From NCBI GenBank assembly GCA_038087875.1, contig JAXLNO010000438.1, forward strand, positions 558,001-622,000: a stretch of 64,000 nt of DNA, given 5' to 3'. The notes under the pieces are model-generated. The model saw nothing but the letters and a program-made list of their open reading frames with translations. It was not told where the DNA came from and did not search any database. The position numbers were made by a program, and so were the translations under genes. This stretch comes from Malacoraja senta (lineage: Eukaryota). Below are positions 1 through 11,655 of the stretch, piece after piece. Each line of letters starts with the position of its first letter. Position 1 is the stretch's first letter.

Positions 1-950
1 AGCCGTCCGTCAAATTCACTGTTTCTTTAGTTTTAGTGTTTTTTATTTCTCTGTCTGTTTGGGTTTTTTTGACTTTTAATGTGGGGGGGTAAGGGGGAAA
101 CTATTTCTAGGTCCCTACCTGGTCAGTGAGGCAGCTTTTTCTCCAGGCTGCCTCGTCGACCCGTCCTCGTGGCCTACCAGCGGGCATGGAGCGCCGTTTC
201 CTGACGGGGACCGCCCAGCACCTTCAGCTTCAATGGCGGCACAGCGCTGGAGCGCTATCGTGGAGCATAGCGGGCGATGCCTTGCCTGGGTCGCCGCGCT
301 GGAACGACGCGCTGGAGCTCCGGTATGCAGTGACCGCCGACATCAACACCTCCGGGCTGCGGGACTGCGGAGCGACCAGCTGCGGGCGGCGGCGCCGACT
401 CCAACATCGGGAGCCTCGTGGCTCCAAATCGGCGCGGCCCTGTCGGCTTCAGGTGCCATCGACTCCTTCGGGAAACCGGCCGTTCCAGCCGCTGCGACGA
501 CTCTCCCGACGGCCAGGAACATCGGGCCTCCGTAGAGGCAACTGTGGAGGCCTCATTGGGCCTGACTCTGGGGAGAACTGGGTTGGGGACTGGACATTGT
601 GCCTTCCCCCACAGTGGTGGTCATTGTGGGGGGATGATTTTGTGTGCTGTGCCTGTGCCTGTCAGTCCGTGTACAAGATGGCGGTCGGAGGGGAGAGTGG
701 ACGCTGGCGCGAATTGGTCGCCGCTGCTCTCTCCTCAAACTTGTGTTTCTTATTTTCTTTTGGTGCTTTTGAAATTGAATTCTGTCCTTGATTTGTGTAC
801 TGTGGTGTTTTTATATTTAATTTATTCCGATTATGTGTTTTTTGTTTTTTTTTGTTTTGTTTTGTTGTGATTCTATGCATTGTAAGGTGTCCTTGGGTTT
901 TAGAAAGGCGCCAGTAAATAAAATGATAAATTATTATTATTATTATTATA
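1..950 (+). mobile_element. GC-rich non-coding retroposon with L2-type 3' tail (5' end may lie outside window)
   Basis: CpG-rich body in AT-rich background, ending TGTAAGGTGTCCTTGGG...GAAAGGCGCC...AATAAA and (ATT)n, resembling fish L2 3' tails; its ORFs are not protein-like. Confidence 0.55.
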
Positions 951-1669
951 TAACGAACCCCGAGACATCCCTCTCTCTCTGACTTCGAGCTGACCAGCTC
1001 TCTTCTCTCTTTGGCTGAGTGTCCTTCCACCTCAGCAGTGGCTCAGCTCAAGCCCACGAGGCAACAGCCTCGCAGCAGCCACAATAACTTTGTGTTAGAG
1101 GACCAATGTGCATGTATCACGAACCTATTGTGCCTGAATAAAGTAACCCGTTTGTTCACCACGTGTGGTGCCTCTACACTACCTTCGATTTTTCCAGCAT
1201 CTGCAGTTCTTTCTTAAAAATATAGTCCAGAATCAGCGAGTTTGATTCAACTTTTAACACATCTATCTTCGCAGCCTCAAGTTTTTATATTGCTGATTTG
1301 TAAAACTATATATATCCATATATTACTCGAAACCTTATACTGACATGAACAAACAAGACAACATAAATTACAATTCCGAGCAAAATAAATGGCTGGAGTC
1401 AGTTTCTATATCTGCGACTATATATTACAAAGACACATTGGATTTTTTGGTCTTGACTACTGAGTCACAAATCTCTCCCTTCAAGATTATTTTCATGAGC
1501 ATTGATTTCTTGAACCAGGTAAATTCTCAGATCTAAATTTAGCAGACTAACTGTTCCATTAATTATTTCTTGATGCGTTGAGATTTTAAATAATTTTGGT
1601 GTTCTTTTATATGTGCAATACTTGTCTCCTCATCACTTCGCAAAATGATATTTTGAATTGTACCTAACA

Positions 1670-2240
1670 TTAGTACCCCTTTGCTACTTTTACCCCATAT
1701 CCCTTGATTCCTTTAGCCCTAAGAGCTAAAACTAACTCCCTCTTGAAAACATCCAGTGAACTGGTCTCCACTGCCTTCTGTGGTAGAGAATTCCACAGAT
1801 TCACAACACTCTGGGTTAAAACGTTTTTCCTCATCTCAGTCCTAAATGGCCTACCACTTATTCTTAAACTCCCCAACATCTGGAACATTTTCCTGCATCT
1901 ACCCTGTCCAATGAATTTTGTATGTTTCTGTAAGATACCCTCTCATCCTTCTAAATTCCAGTGAATACAAGCCCAGTCAACCCATTCTTTCATCATGTCA
2001 GTCCCGCCAACCCGGGAATTAACCTGGCGAACCTACGCTGCACTCACTCAATAGTAATAATGTCCTTCCTCAAATTAGGAGACCAAAATTGCACACAATA
2101 CTCCAGGTGCGGTCTCACCAGGGCCCTGTACAACTGCAGTAGGACCTCTTTGATCTTAAACTCAAATCCTCTCGCCATGAAGGCCAACAACATGCCATTA
2201 GCTTTTGGCACTGCATACTGTACCTGCGTGCTTGCTTTCA
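1670..2240 (-). mobile_element. CR1 LINE 3' fragment, internally deleted
   Basis: Minus-strand peptides KANGMLLAFMARGFEFK..LLQLYRALVRPHLEYCVQFWSP and VVNLWNSLPQKAVE match the CR1 ORF2 C-terminus at 45639-47246. Confidence 0.9.
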
Positions 2241-2689
2241 GTAGAGGAAATGCAACAACCAATCTGCACTTACCAAGCACCAACACAAACAGTCATGTGA
2301 AATTGATCAAATGGCTGATTTATTAGGTAATTAGGGGGAAAATACCTTCTGGATATCAAGGAGATTTGTACAATTCTTTAAAATGGTGTTATAGAAACTC
2401 TCATGTCGAGTTGAGCAGCAAAATCATTGCCTTAACGTGTCATTCAAAACATAGTATCATTAGATTTCCTGCATTAAATGAATAATGCTCTAAAGAATTA
2501 TCCAAGCTTTTCATCTCAAGTCTCTGGAACCCAAACCGACAATTCTCTCATTCAGAAGCAAAGGTGCTATAGGCTGAACCATACCAGACCCTGACAAGGA
2601 TATATAAAGAAATATCATGACTGGAATTAACAGTGGAGAGCTAACACCTAGTTCAAAGAGACCATTGTAAGAGGTAAGAGAAATCTATG

Positions 2690-3300
2690 AGGGTCAGAAG
2701 GCTTCAGGGATTGTGTTCCATGAAGTAGGATTGAAGCAGCTGATTGCTTAGTCCACAACAGCTGGGAGATGTGAGGATACAAAAAAAGAGTTCAGGGTGA
2801 AATACAAAACTGAAGGAATTTTCAGAAATAAATTAATAACAAGTCACAGAATTTCGGATAACTGTAGTTAGTTAAGTTAGTTAGAGAATGGCAGACCAGT
2901 GGAGAATCTTTGAAATAGCCAAGCTCTAAACATAAGTGTACAGGTTTCAGTGAGGGAAGGGCTGCATGCCAAGTGAAGAAGAGAAATATTGCTGGGGCAG
3001 CAGTTAATAATCTTGCTGATGGAAAGTATGTGGGGTTTAAAGCTCAGATCAAGTTCATAGAGCATGCCCAACATAATGAATAATGTGGCTTAGACTGAGA
3101 TTGGTACATCCAAAGGGATGAAGTTAATGACAAGGAAGCAGCATCTGCAGCTGGCACAGATGGTAGTCAATTTGTAATTGCCAATGCTAAAAATATGACG
3201 CCTTCAGAATGTGATATTTGACAAGCATTCTCACAGCATGAAGAAAATCAGGGTGCCAGCAGAAATGGTGAATGAGTGAAGGTGTACATATGGAAGTTGA
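2690..3300 (-). mobile_element. old L2-like LINE remnant
   Basis: Peptide LGMLYELDLSFKPHILSISK...GLP resembles L2 ORF2 (LGVxFDxxLSFxPHI); heavily decayed, boundaries approximate. Confidence 0.4.
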
Positions 3301-3885
3301 TTTCCCTGTCGGTGGCATTAACCCAGAAACTATCATAATTCATATCTACGGACCATGTTGCCAAGGAACTTTAAATGATAGAACCTTAAACACCCTTTCT
3401 GTAAGGAGCAATTACAGATTTGAAAGGTTACAGTTCCTGTGGCTTTCCCATAGACAATTACCAGGATTTCCTGAATAGCTGTGAGCCACATTCAAAAGAA
3501 ACAGGAGTACAAATTGAATGGATTGTCCAGAAGTCATTTTGTTCCTTCCTCAAAATCTGCGGACGTCTGGTAAATTTATAATATTTATACTGAGTTAAAC
3601 ATGGGACATAAATTTATTTTAAATTATTTATGACCAACGAGTGGTTTAAAAAAAAAAATGTCTGCAGTTAGATAGGGGGAAACTAATTCATTTTGAACAT
3701 AACATTTGCTGTTACGTTGATGCCTTACAATAACATGCCTCAAAAGAACCAAAATTCTCAAATAACTTCTTGAAACTGTACACCCAAACTAATGATATCC
3801 ATCTATTTTGTACAAGCTCCCAACTGTTATTCACTTGACATTTGTGAAATTAATGTAATCAAAGGTCTAGATCTTTTCCACGCAG

Positions 3886-3940
3886 CATTTCCAAGCCTGG
3901 ACAGGTACAAGGACGAGTTCTGGTCAGGAAATACTGTGCA
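3886..3940 (+). CDS. candidate internal host exon (55 nt)
   Basis: Acceptor atcttttccacgcag, donor GCA|gtatgt; open in all three frames; non-repeat sequence. Confidence 0.3.
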
Positions 3941-4511
3941 GTATGTATTTTATCCAACAGGATTCCGATCTGGAAGCCAGTCTAATTATTAGGCTTAATT
4001 CTCTATTGGTTGGGCATTTCTCCACAAGAAAGCTGCAGAATACAACTGGGAGTTTTCCTGTTGTTGGAGTTCAAGTTCATGGTGAGTGGAGCTGTGGGTG
4101 GGATGGGGATGATTGTTTGAGAAACAGTGCAGCCTGGAGAATAAGAGGACTGTTTGTAGGGAGTGGCTGGTGATATCAGATGTTGGTTATCCTTGATGCC
4201 TGAAGCATAGAGCCTCACTTAAATATTTTAATTCAGAAAACCACATCCTATGAATGTTGAGCTAAAGGTGCCTCTAGTTGTTTTTTTCCAGTGTTGACTA
4301 CAATGTCCAAAGATTGTGAACTAGTATGTCCCAATTTTATTTTGATTGGTTTCATGCATAATAAATAACACACTTTCAAGGAACATGACATCAGCTTCAA
4401 ACTTCTGAAGTTACTTTATCCAGATTATTCTCTTGCAAGAAGCATTCAAGGTATATATTTTTTTAATGCATTTGCTTACATGACATGAAAGGAATAACTC
4501 AGGTATAAGCT

Positions 4512-6145
4512 TACCCTTGTCCATACTGTGAGGAACAACTGGCTGGAGTTTCAGTGAACATCTTCAATCTCTCACTACTAAGGCACGAGGTCCCCACCTG
4601 CTTTAAAAGGACATCCATAATACTGGAAGGTTGACAAAAATGCCAGAGAAACTCAGCGGGTGAGGCAGCATCTATGGAGCAAAGGACTAGGTGACGTTTC
4701 GTGTCGAGACCCTTCTTCAGACTGGTACAACATAATGCTGGTTCACTCGTAGAGCAAAGCAACTTGCCTGTGTCTACCAACCGATGGTATAGTAATCCAT
4801 GGTGATGTATTGCTTGGAGGGTTGATGCATATCAACTCCTGCCTTTGTGAGGGCCTGGACCCACCACAAGTTGCCTACCACCACAAGACATCAACAGGAG
4901 ATCTGGCTGACACTCCAGTCTGCATTGGAACACTTGGACAGTAAGAACACATAGGTAAGGGTGTTGTTTATCGACTACAGTTCTGCATGCAACATCATGA
5001 TTCCCTCTAAACCTATCTACAAACTCAGGTCACCTTGTCTCTCCTCGGCCTTATGCAATTGGATCCTCAACCTCCTTGTCGGCAGACTGCAATCAGTCTG
5101 AATTGGCAACAACATTTCCTCCTCAGTGACTATCAATATAGGAGCACCTTAAGGCTGTGTGCGCATTCCTCTGCACTACTCTCTCTATTCACATGACTGT
5201 GTGACCAGGAACAGCTCCAACACTAACTTTACATTTGATGATGATACCACATTTGTTGGATGAACAACTGGTCGTGATGAGTCAGAGTACAAAAGGGAGA
5301 TTGATAATCCGATTGAATGATGCCAGCACAAAAAATCCTGCTCTCAACAGCAAGATTAAGGGGCTGATTGTTGACCAGGAGGGGAAAGCTGAAGATCCAT
5401 GAATCTGTCTTCATCAAAAGGAGAGAGATAGCAACCATGTTCCGAGGTGTGCATATCTTTGAAGGTCTGTCCTGTGTGCAGCGCATTGATGCAATCAGAA
5501 AGAAAGCTCATCCACACCTCTGCTTCCTTTGAGGATTGAGGAAATTCGGTATATCACTGAATGCTCTCTAACTTCTACAGGTAGAGAACATACTGACTGA
5601 TTGCTTCATGGTCTGTTTCGGGAGCGAGTACACCCAGGAATGAAGGAGGCTACAGAAAGTGGTTGACATTACCCGGTCCATCATGGGTACTGACCTCCCC
5701 ACCATCGAAAGGATGTACAGGAGGACTTGCCTCAAAATGCAGCTAATATAATCAAAGACCCATATAACCCTGCCATGTGCTCATCTCGATGTTACTATGG
5801 GGAAGCTCTACGAGCCTAAAACCATGACCTCCAGACTTAAGAACCGCCTCTCCCCAACAACCATCAGCTTCTTGCACACTGCACAACACCAACCACAACC
5901 CAATCTCAGCAACAATGATCTGTTAAAGACTTTGTTTTAGTTGCACTACATGGCTGCGGTTTTGCACCATTGTGGTCTGGTTACTGGATATTACTGATTA
6001 TTAATTTATTGCATGTTTATTTATGAATTATTGTGAGTTTATTGTGAATTTATTATGAATTATTGTATTAGTGGACCTGTAAATTTGCAGCAAGTAAGAA
6101 TTTGATCTTTCAATGGTGGTACACATGACAATTAAATACAATTCA
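4512..6145 (+). mobile_element. decayed Rex1/Babar-type LINE (RT and 3' end)
   Basis: Reads QLAGVSVNIFNLSLLRHEVPTCFKRTSII, RVLFIDYSSACNI, LCNWILNLL and F(A)DDT-like motifs with many stops/frameshifts; ends ...ACACATGACAATTAAA. Confidence 0.8.
4626..4723 (-). mobile_element. short Penelope terminal-repeat insertion with hammerhead-like motif, nested in Rex1
   Basis: Reverse complement reads AGT-CTGAAGA-A-GGGTCTCGACAC-GAAA-CGTC-ACC followed by the family body. Confidence 0.75.
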
Positions 6146-6162
6146 AACTTACCTCAATGGGA

Positions 6163-6347
6163 GGTACACAAAAATGCTGGAAAAACTCAGCGGGTGCAGC
6201 AGCATCTATGGAGCGAAGGAATTAGGCAACATTTCGGTCCGAAACGTTGCCTATTTCCTTCGCTCCATAGATGCTGCTGCACCCGCTGAGTTTCTCCAGC
6301 ATTTTTGTGTACCTTCGATTTTCCAGCATCTGCAGTTCCTTCTTAAA
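6163..6347. mobile_element. palindromic head-to-head Penelope terminal-repeat insertion
   Basis: Near-perfect inverted repeat centred ~6238; flanked by 14-bp TSD TTACCTCAATGGGA (6149-6162, 6348-6361); right arm matches the Penelope 3' end at 23961-24070. Confidence 0.85.
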
Positions 6348-6389
6348 TTACCTCAATGGGATCACTGTTCACAAAGGTTCTTCCATAGA

Positions 6390-7245
6390 CCCGGAGTGCG
6401 GCGGCGCGGATTACTGCAGCGGCCCCTACAGCCCGTCTGTCTTTTTTTTATTTTTGTCCAGTTAAATGTAGTTGTTTGTGGTTTTTTTGTACTGTTTTAA
6501 TTGTGTATATGTGGGGGGCGGTGGGGGGGGAGGGGGAAACTTAAAAAAATCTATTCCCTGCACGGGAGACCCGACCTTTTCCCTGTCAGGTCTCCGTTGT
6601 CGTTGGGGCCTAGCTCCGTGGAGCGGCCTCCGACCGGGACGACCTGGGGGCTCCAGTCACGGAGCCTGTGGAGCTGCGGACTTACCATGGCCGGCCTCGG
6701 AGCGCGGGGAGCGGTGGTGACTCGTTGCTGCTCACTCCGGAGCTCCAGCTGCAGCTGCAGACCCGTGGACTGTGACATCGGGAGCTCGCGGGTCCGGGTG
6801 GGAGACCGCTTTCCGGAGCTCCCGCAACGCAACTTCTCCAGCTCAAGTCGCGGGGTTGGAACGACCCGGAGCGGGGCCGTAAATCGCCCGGCGCAGCTTT
6901 AATGTTAAAGCCGCGGGACATTCCAGCGCCCGCCGGGGCTCCAACTTTGTGACTTTTGGGCCCGGAGCGAAGCTGTATACCGCCCGGCGCGGCCTGAACG
7001 GCCGTGGGACTTCACATTGCCCGCCTGGGGCTTCAACATCGGGAGAAAAATGGTGCAGGGGAGAGAAATGACTTTGCCTTCCATCACAGTGAGGACAAGA
7101 TTCACTGTGATGGATGTTTTTCTGTAAATTGAATTGTTTGTGTGTCGTGTAAGAATTGTTTTGTTTGTATGGCTGTGGAAACGGAGTTTCGTTTGAGCCT
7201 CTTTGAGGTTCAAATGACAAGAAATAAAATAAAATAAAATAAAAT
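6390..7245 (+). mobile_element. GC-rich non-coding retroposon with Rex1-like 3' tail
   Basis: CpG-rich body ending CAAATGACAAGAAATAAAATAAAATAAAAT; shares the T-rich/TGTGGGGGG..GGGGGAAAC segment and CATCGGGAG motifs with element 1-950. Confidence 0.55.
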
Positions 7246-7612
7246 CAGACTCTTCCATCACTTGCCCATTCTCGTTCCAAAAAATAAGATGAAACACTCT
7301 CTTTTAGCTCCCTCTCTTTTAGAGCTCCCTACATACTGCTTTAAAAACCAAGGATGCATTTAAAAAATTCCACCCCATCTCAGCCCCTTACATTAAGAGA
7401 ATTCCAGTCAACATTGGGAAATACTGGTACAGTGCATCCACCAACCGTTTCCTCTGGTCTTTGGTTGAATGTGTCACAAATCTCTGAAAGCACTGGGGCT
7501 AAAAATATTCCTTCTAAGTCTTTACAATGCCCTGGTAAGAGTCTTTGTCCTTGGATTTGTAGCACCAAAAGACACACCAATGTCTTGAATGTGCCTGGGC
7601 CTACCACAATCA

Positions 7613-7835
7613 GAGTGCAGTCCTGAACTACTACCTACCTCATTGGTGGCTCTCGGACTATCCTTGGTCAGACTTTGCTGGCTTTACCTTGCACTTAACA
7701 TTATTCCCTTATCATGTGTCTACCTGTAAATGGCTCGCTTGTAATCATGCATTATCTTTCCGCTGACTGGATAGCATGCAACAAAAGCTTTTTCACTGTA
7801 CCTTGGTACACGTGACAATAAACTAAACTAAACTG
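7613..7835 (+). mobile_element. LINE 3'-end fragment (Rex1-like tail)
   Basis: Ends ...GTACACGTGACAATAAA(CTAAA)n, similar to the 3' end at 6120-6145. Confidence 0.55.
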
Positions 7836-8224
7836 ATACACTGACCACCAATGATAACATCTTCTTTTTGTTTACCACATACTGTATTCTGTCTCACTTG
7901 CCTCAACAACATTGTTCACCATTAGGAACACATTTACTCATTCCATGTACAGGGCAACTGCTGTGGTTTCCTGTATGTCTTGAGCTATGCAATACTTGCC
8001 ATCCTTAATGCTCTTTAGGGAGAATCTCCTATATTAACTTCATGCCTGGTTGTTTCTAGATACTCCCTTAAGCAATAGCATCTCATTTCCCCCCCATTGT
8101 CCATAGACTTAATGGTGCTGATGGTTAATAAGGCAAACAACCAAGGTACAGCTAACAACCAAGGTACTAACAAAAACATTCTCTATTGAAATCAATCAAC
8201 TCCCAAGTGACTGGCTGATACAAT

Positions 8225-8358
8225 GGAGGCACAAGAGTGCAAATAATTGCAAATAATCCTGAGCAAAACACAAAGTGCTGGAGGAACTCATTGAGTCAGG
8301 CTGCATCTGTGGAGGGAATGGTCAGATGATATTTCAGGTCGGGACCCTTGTTCGGTCT
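8225..8358 (-). mobile_element. diverged Penelope terminal-repeat insertion
   Basis: Family body on minus strand, flanked by the direct repeat TGA(C/T)TGGCTGATACAAT. Confidence 0.65.
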
Positions 8359-10324
8359 TGATTGGCTGATACAATAATATATCAAAAGTCAGTCCACTTG
8401 ATGAACTCAATTCATAATGGTATACTTGGACGTATATACAATTGGCATTTTTATAGCAAAAGATATCTTTAAAAAAAACTGGATTTTCCAGCCAGTGTCA
8501 CTTTCTCACACTATTTATCTTAACTTCCATTCCTGTAATCATTAAGCTTACTTCAAGCAGATATAATAATCTCTCTGGGGAAGTCTCAACTCATGGGTGA
8601 TAAGACTTGGCCAATGATTTACGGATGTGTGCAAGGTCCAAAGATAGGTTAGGCAGCCATAAAGACCGGCCTAAATGCCATTTTAATATATGCTTATCCA
8701 GCCGATATTTTACATAAAAATGGATATCAGCATAAATTGGATGACTGTTAAGGCAAGAAGAAAATCAATACACAGGCAAAAGTTGATAACGAGTAATTAA
8801 TAGAAATGAAACTACAAAATAATTTGAATGCCCTGCTATTCTAGTTTACAGAGGTTTTACTTATTAAAAAAAAAGTAGAGAGGAAAATAAATAACTGCTT
8901 GTACACGAGACAGAATGGTTCTGAGCACAAATAACCAATCTAAGTGTTTTAAAATTGTTTGCTTTACAACAGAAGTAACCAATGCTATAACAAAAATATT
9001 TTCATATGTATTTTGAATCATACATATTTATTTTGATTTTGAAAGCAGTTACACATAATTGGATTAAGTGAATCTGTTTAATATCTTTAAAATATTAATA
9101 TGTTTTGTTATCTTTTTTTTAAATGTCACATAATAGGATCTTAATGAACACTATTCTTACGATGTGATCTTGCAACATTATACAAGTATTTCTATCAATT
9201 AATTCATTGTTACGTGTTATTGTAAAGAACTTTAAATCGCAGAAACAAGCACTATAACCCAGTTGGTCTCTGCCGCTGTTTATGTTTTCCCACCTTACTT
9301 AATTTAACTTTGGCAGCATTTCTACCTGATTTTTTTTCACATCAATGTGGAACCCCTTAAATACCTGTTTGTTAAATAGCATAACATTTTGGTGCAGTAG
9401 CGAGTTCCACATTCTTCCACCTTGAGTAAGCAAATATAATCATCATAACACCCTGTTAGGACTGTTCTTAGTATTTCTTCAAAAGCAAGCTGTCCCAATA
9501 GTTTAGACTTTCTAGATACTTCTATGCTTTATAGTTTTGAGAACACTCTTATAAATCATCTTAATGCTTCATTCAATACCTCTATGTATTTTGTTTTCAT
9601 AATTTAGAGCCAGAATTGTCCAGTCCCGATCCCGACCTAACCAACATTTTATACATCTAACCCGACTGCCTTTCTTTTGAAATGCATTCCTTATTGTTCA
9701 GCCATCCGTTACTAATTGTTTCTTAGCAGACTTGAATGGGTGGAAGAAATCAGTTGGATATAATTTATTTTTTCCTTTTATACATGTTATACTTTCTGTG
9801 GTCCAGATAGAATTAAAGGTTTTAACTTCTATCGTAATAACACAAGATGGTATGATGTTAGATCCAGTATGTAAATATTTTTAAATTTCTCTTCATTTCC
9901 TGCCACTAACTATTAAAGTACAATATTGCAAGCTACTGCAACATTCTGGTACTTGGCCCCAGTGGGAAATTGCCAAGTTAATGAGGTTTGTTCAAAGGAT
10001 TGATTCTGTTTTTCTTCAAAAAATTCACATGCGTACTTATCAGCAAGACTCACTGCATTACAGCTTTAGTCACTGAGTAAAGAGAAGGGCCAGCTGTGCT
10101 TCTCGCAAATTCAAGGTGTCATCAATTACAACACATCCATTGTTGGCTGAAATGACCTAATTCAGCACGTAATCACACTTAAAATCTCATGATCACGATG
10201 GCTTGACCCTACATTGGGCAGAATCTTTAAAGAAAACCAATTGTAACATGAACAATTATTGCAGGTTATTGAGATAAATATATTTTTTCCCTTTTGTGCA
10301 GCCTCTTCCAAACTTTATGATGAT

Positions 10325-10409
10325 TCAGAAGAAGGGTCTCAACCCAAAACATCACCCAGTCCTTCTCTCCAGAGATGCTGAGTTACTCCAGCAATTTGTG
10401 TCTACCTTC
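10325..10409 (+). mobile_element. Penelope terminal-repeat insertion (degenerate hammerhead)
   Basis: CAGAAGAAGGGTCTCAACCCAAAACATCACC...; TSD ATGATGAT (10317-10324, 10410-10417). Confidence 0.7.
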
Positions 10410-10503
10410 ATGATGATAATGTCATGGAGACATATGGTGGGAAACACTCCATTCTGCCCTCCATAGATATCCATGACACTCATCAAGTACATATCCATAC
10501 TAA

Positions 10504-11110
10504 TCAGAGTGATAGCTTGTGTTCCCTTAGCCAGTATGATGCAAAGTATTTGAAGCACTGTGTTATCAATGTGATTGGACCAACTAATGTTTAACTCGGT
10601 AGATACAGGTCCCAAAAATCATTGGCCTTTCAATCATGGTAATTTTGGTAAGAGTCCTCTGATGTGCTCAGTGTTTCATCAAGGATTCAGGTAGGTCGAG
10701 TGATTTCCATTGGGCATGAGAGAGGACAAAGGAAATGTGAACTCCTATGCCATGAATTCCAGCTGTTCTGACTTTTAGAGGACCGTATCAATGAGGCCAT
10801 AATGGAGTTCAGTTTGGGGTTTCACCATCAGCCTTGAAAGGCTGCTTTTTCTTTAATTATTTGTAAGCAATAATTTTTAACGTAGTAATTGCATAAAAAA
10901 TATTTGTTCCCCTTGAGGAATAAAGGTGAATAATGACACTGCTTTTTGCCACCAGGATCCTCTGCAATATGTGCCCCTGTTGCTGTTGGATGCCTGCATT
11001 CCTACCGCAGGTGTTCTATATCCTAGTAATCCTACCGTGGTCAGGGAAGAAGAATCCCAATGGATATGTTTAAAAATTATGGGTAAAGTGCAATCTCAAC
11101 ATGAAATAAA
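10504..11110 (+). repeat. left arm of diverged ~600-bp inverted duplication
   Basis: Reverse-complement similarity to 14142-14870; 10751-10784 is an exact 34-nt inverse of 14591-14624. Confidence 0.85.
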
Positions 11111-11239
11111 GTGCTGGGAAATGGGATTAGTATAGATATGTACTTGATGATATGATGATGCGTGGATATGGTGGGCTGAATGGACTGTTTCTGTGCTTTA
11201 TGACCCCATGACATTAACATTGGGGAGTTTTCCATCAAT

Positions 11240-11640
11240 CAGCCTATAGCCGTCAATGCCTTGGCATTTCAATTGCCTCAGCTAAATATTTATTGAATGT
11301 TGTTTTGATTACCTACCTCATTCATCCCCTCAGGCATTAGATTCCAGGTTTTGCTAACATTCAATGTGGAAAATACCGTCCTCAAATGCTTTCTAAATCT
11401 CCTTTTCCTTTCCTTAAACCTACACCTTCTGGTCATAGACACTTCTGCAATGGTGAAAGGTTTCTCATTATCTGCACCATCTGTGTCCATCATTATTTTG
11501 TACATCTGAATCAGGTCACTGGTCAGCTCTCTCTGTTCCGGAGAAAACAAGCCTGCCAAATTTCTCCTCTTAGCTGAAATGCTCCAAACTAGGCAACATC
11601 TTGGTAAACCTCCTCTGCACCTTTTAAAGCGCAATCATAT
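11240..11640 (-). mobile_element. old CR1 3' fragment
   Basis: Peptide GLFSPEQRELTSDLIQMYKIM...TR..RF.....WNLMPE matches the CR1 ORF2 C-terminus. Confidence 0.75.
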
Positions 11641-11655
11641 CCTGCAAACTCAACA

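Noticed and set aside
126..870. Long overlapping ORFs (221, 100, 150 aa)
   Set aside because: By-product of a GC-rich repeat; no recognisable domains
1297..1518. Possible exon ending CAG|gtaaat
   Set aside because: In-frame stop at 1294 lies between the nearest good acceptor and the open frame
6472..7297. Cluster of ORFs on both strands
   Set aside because: GC-rich retroposon body; low stop frequency explains them
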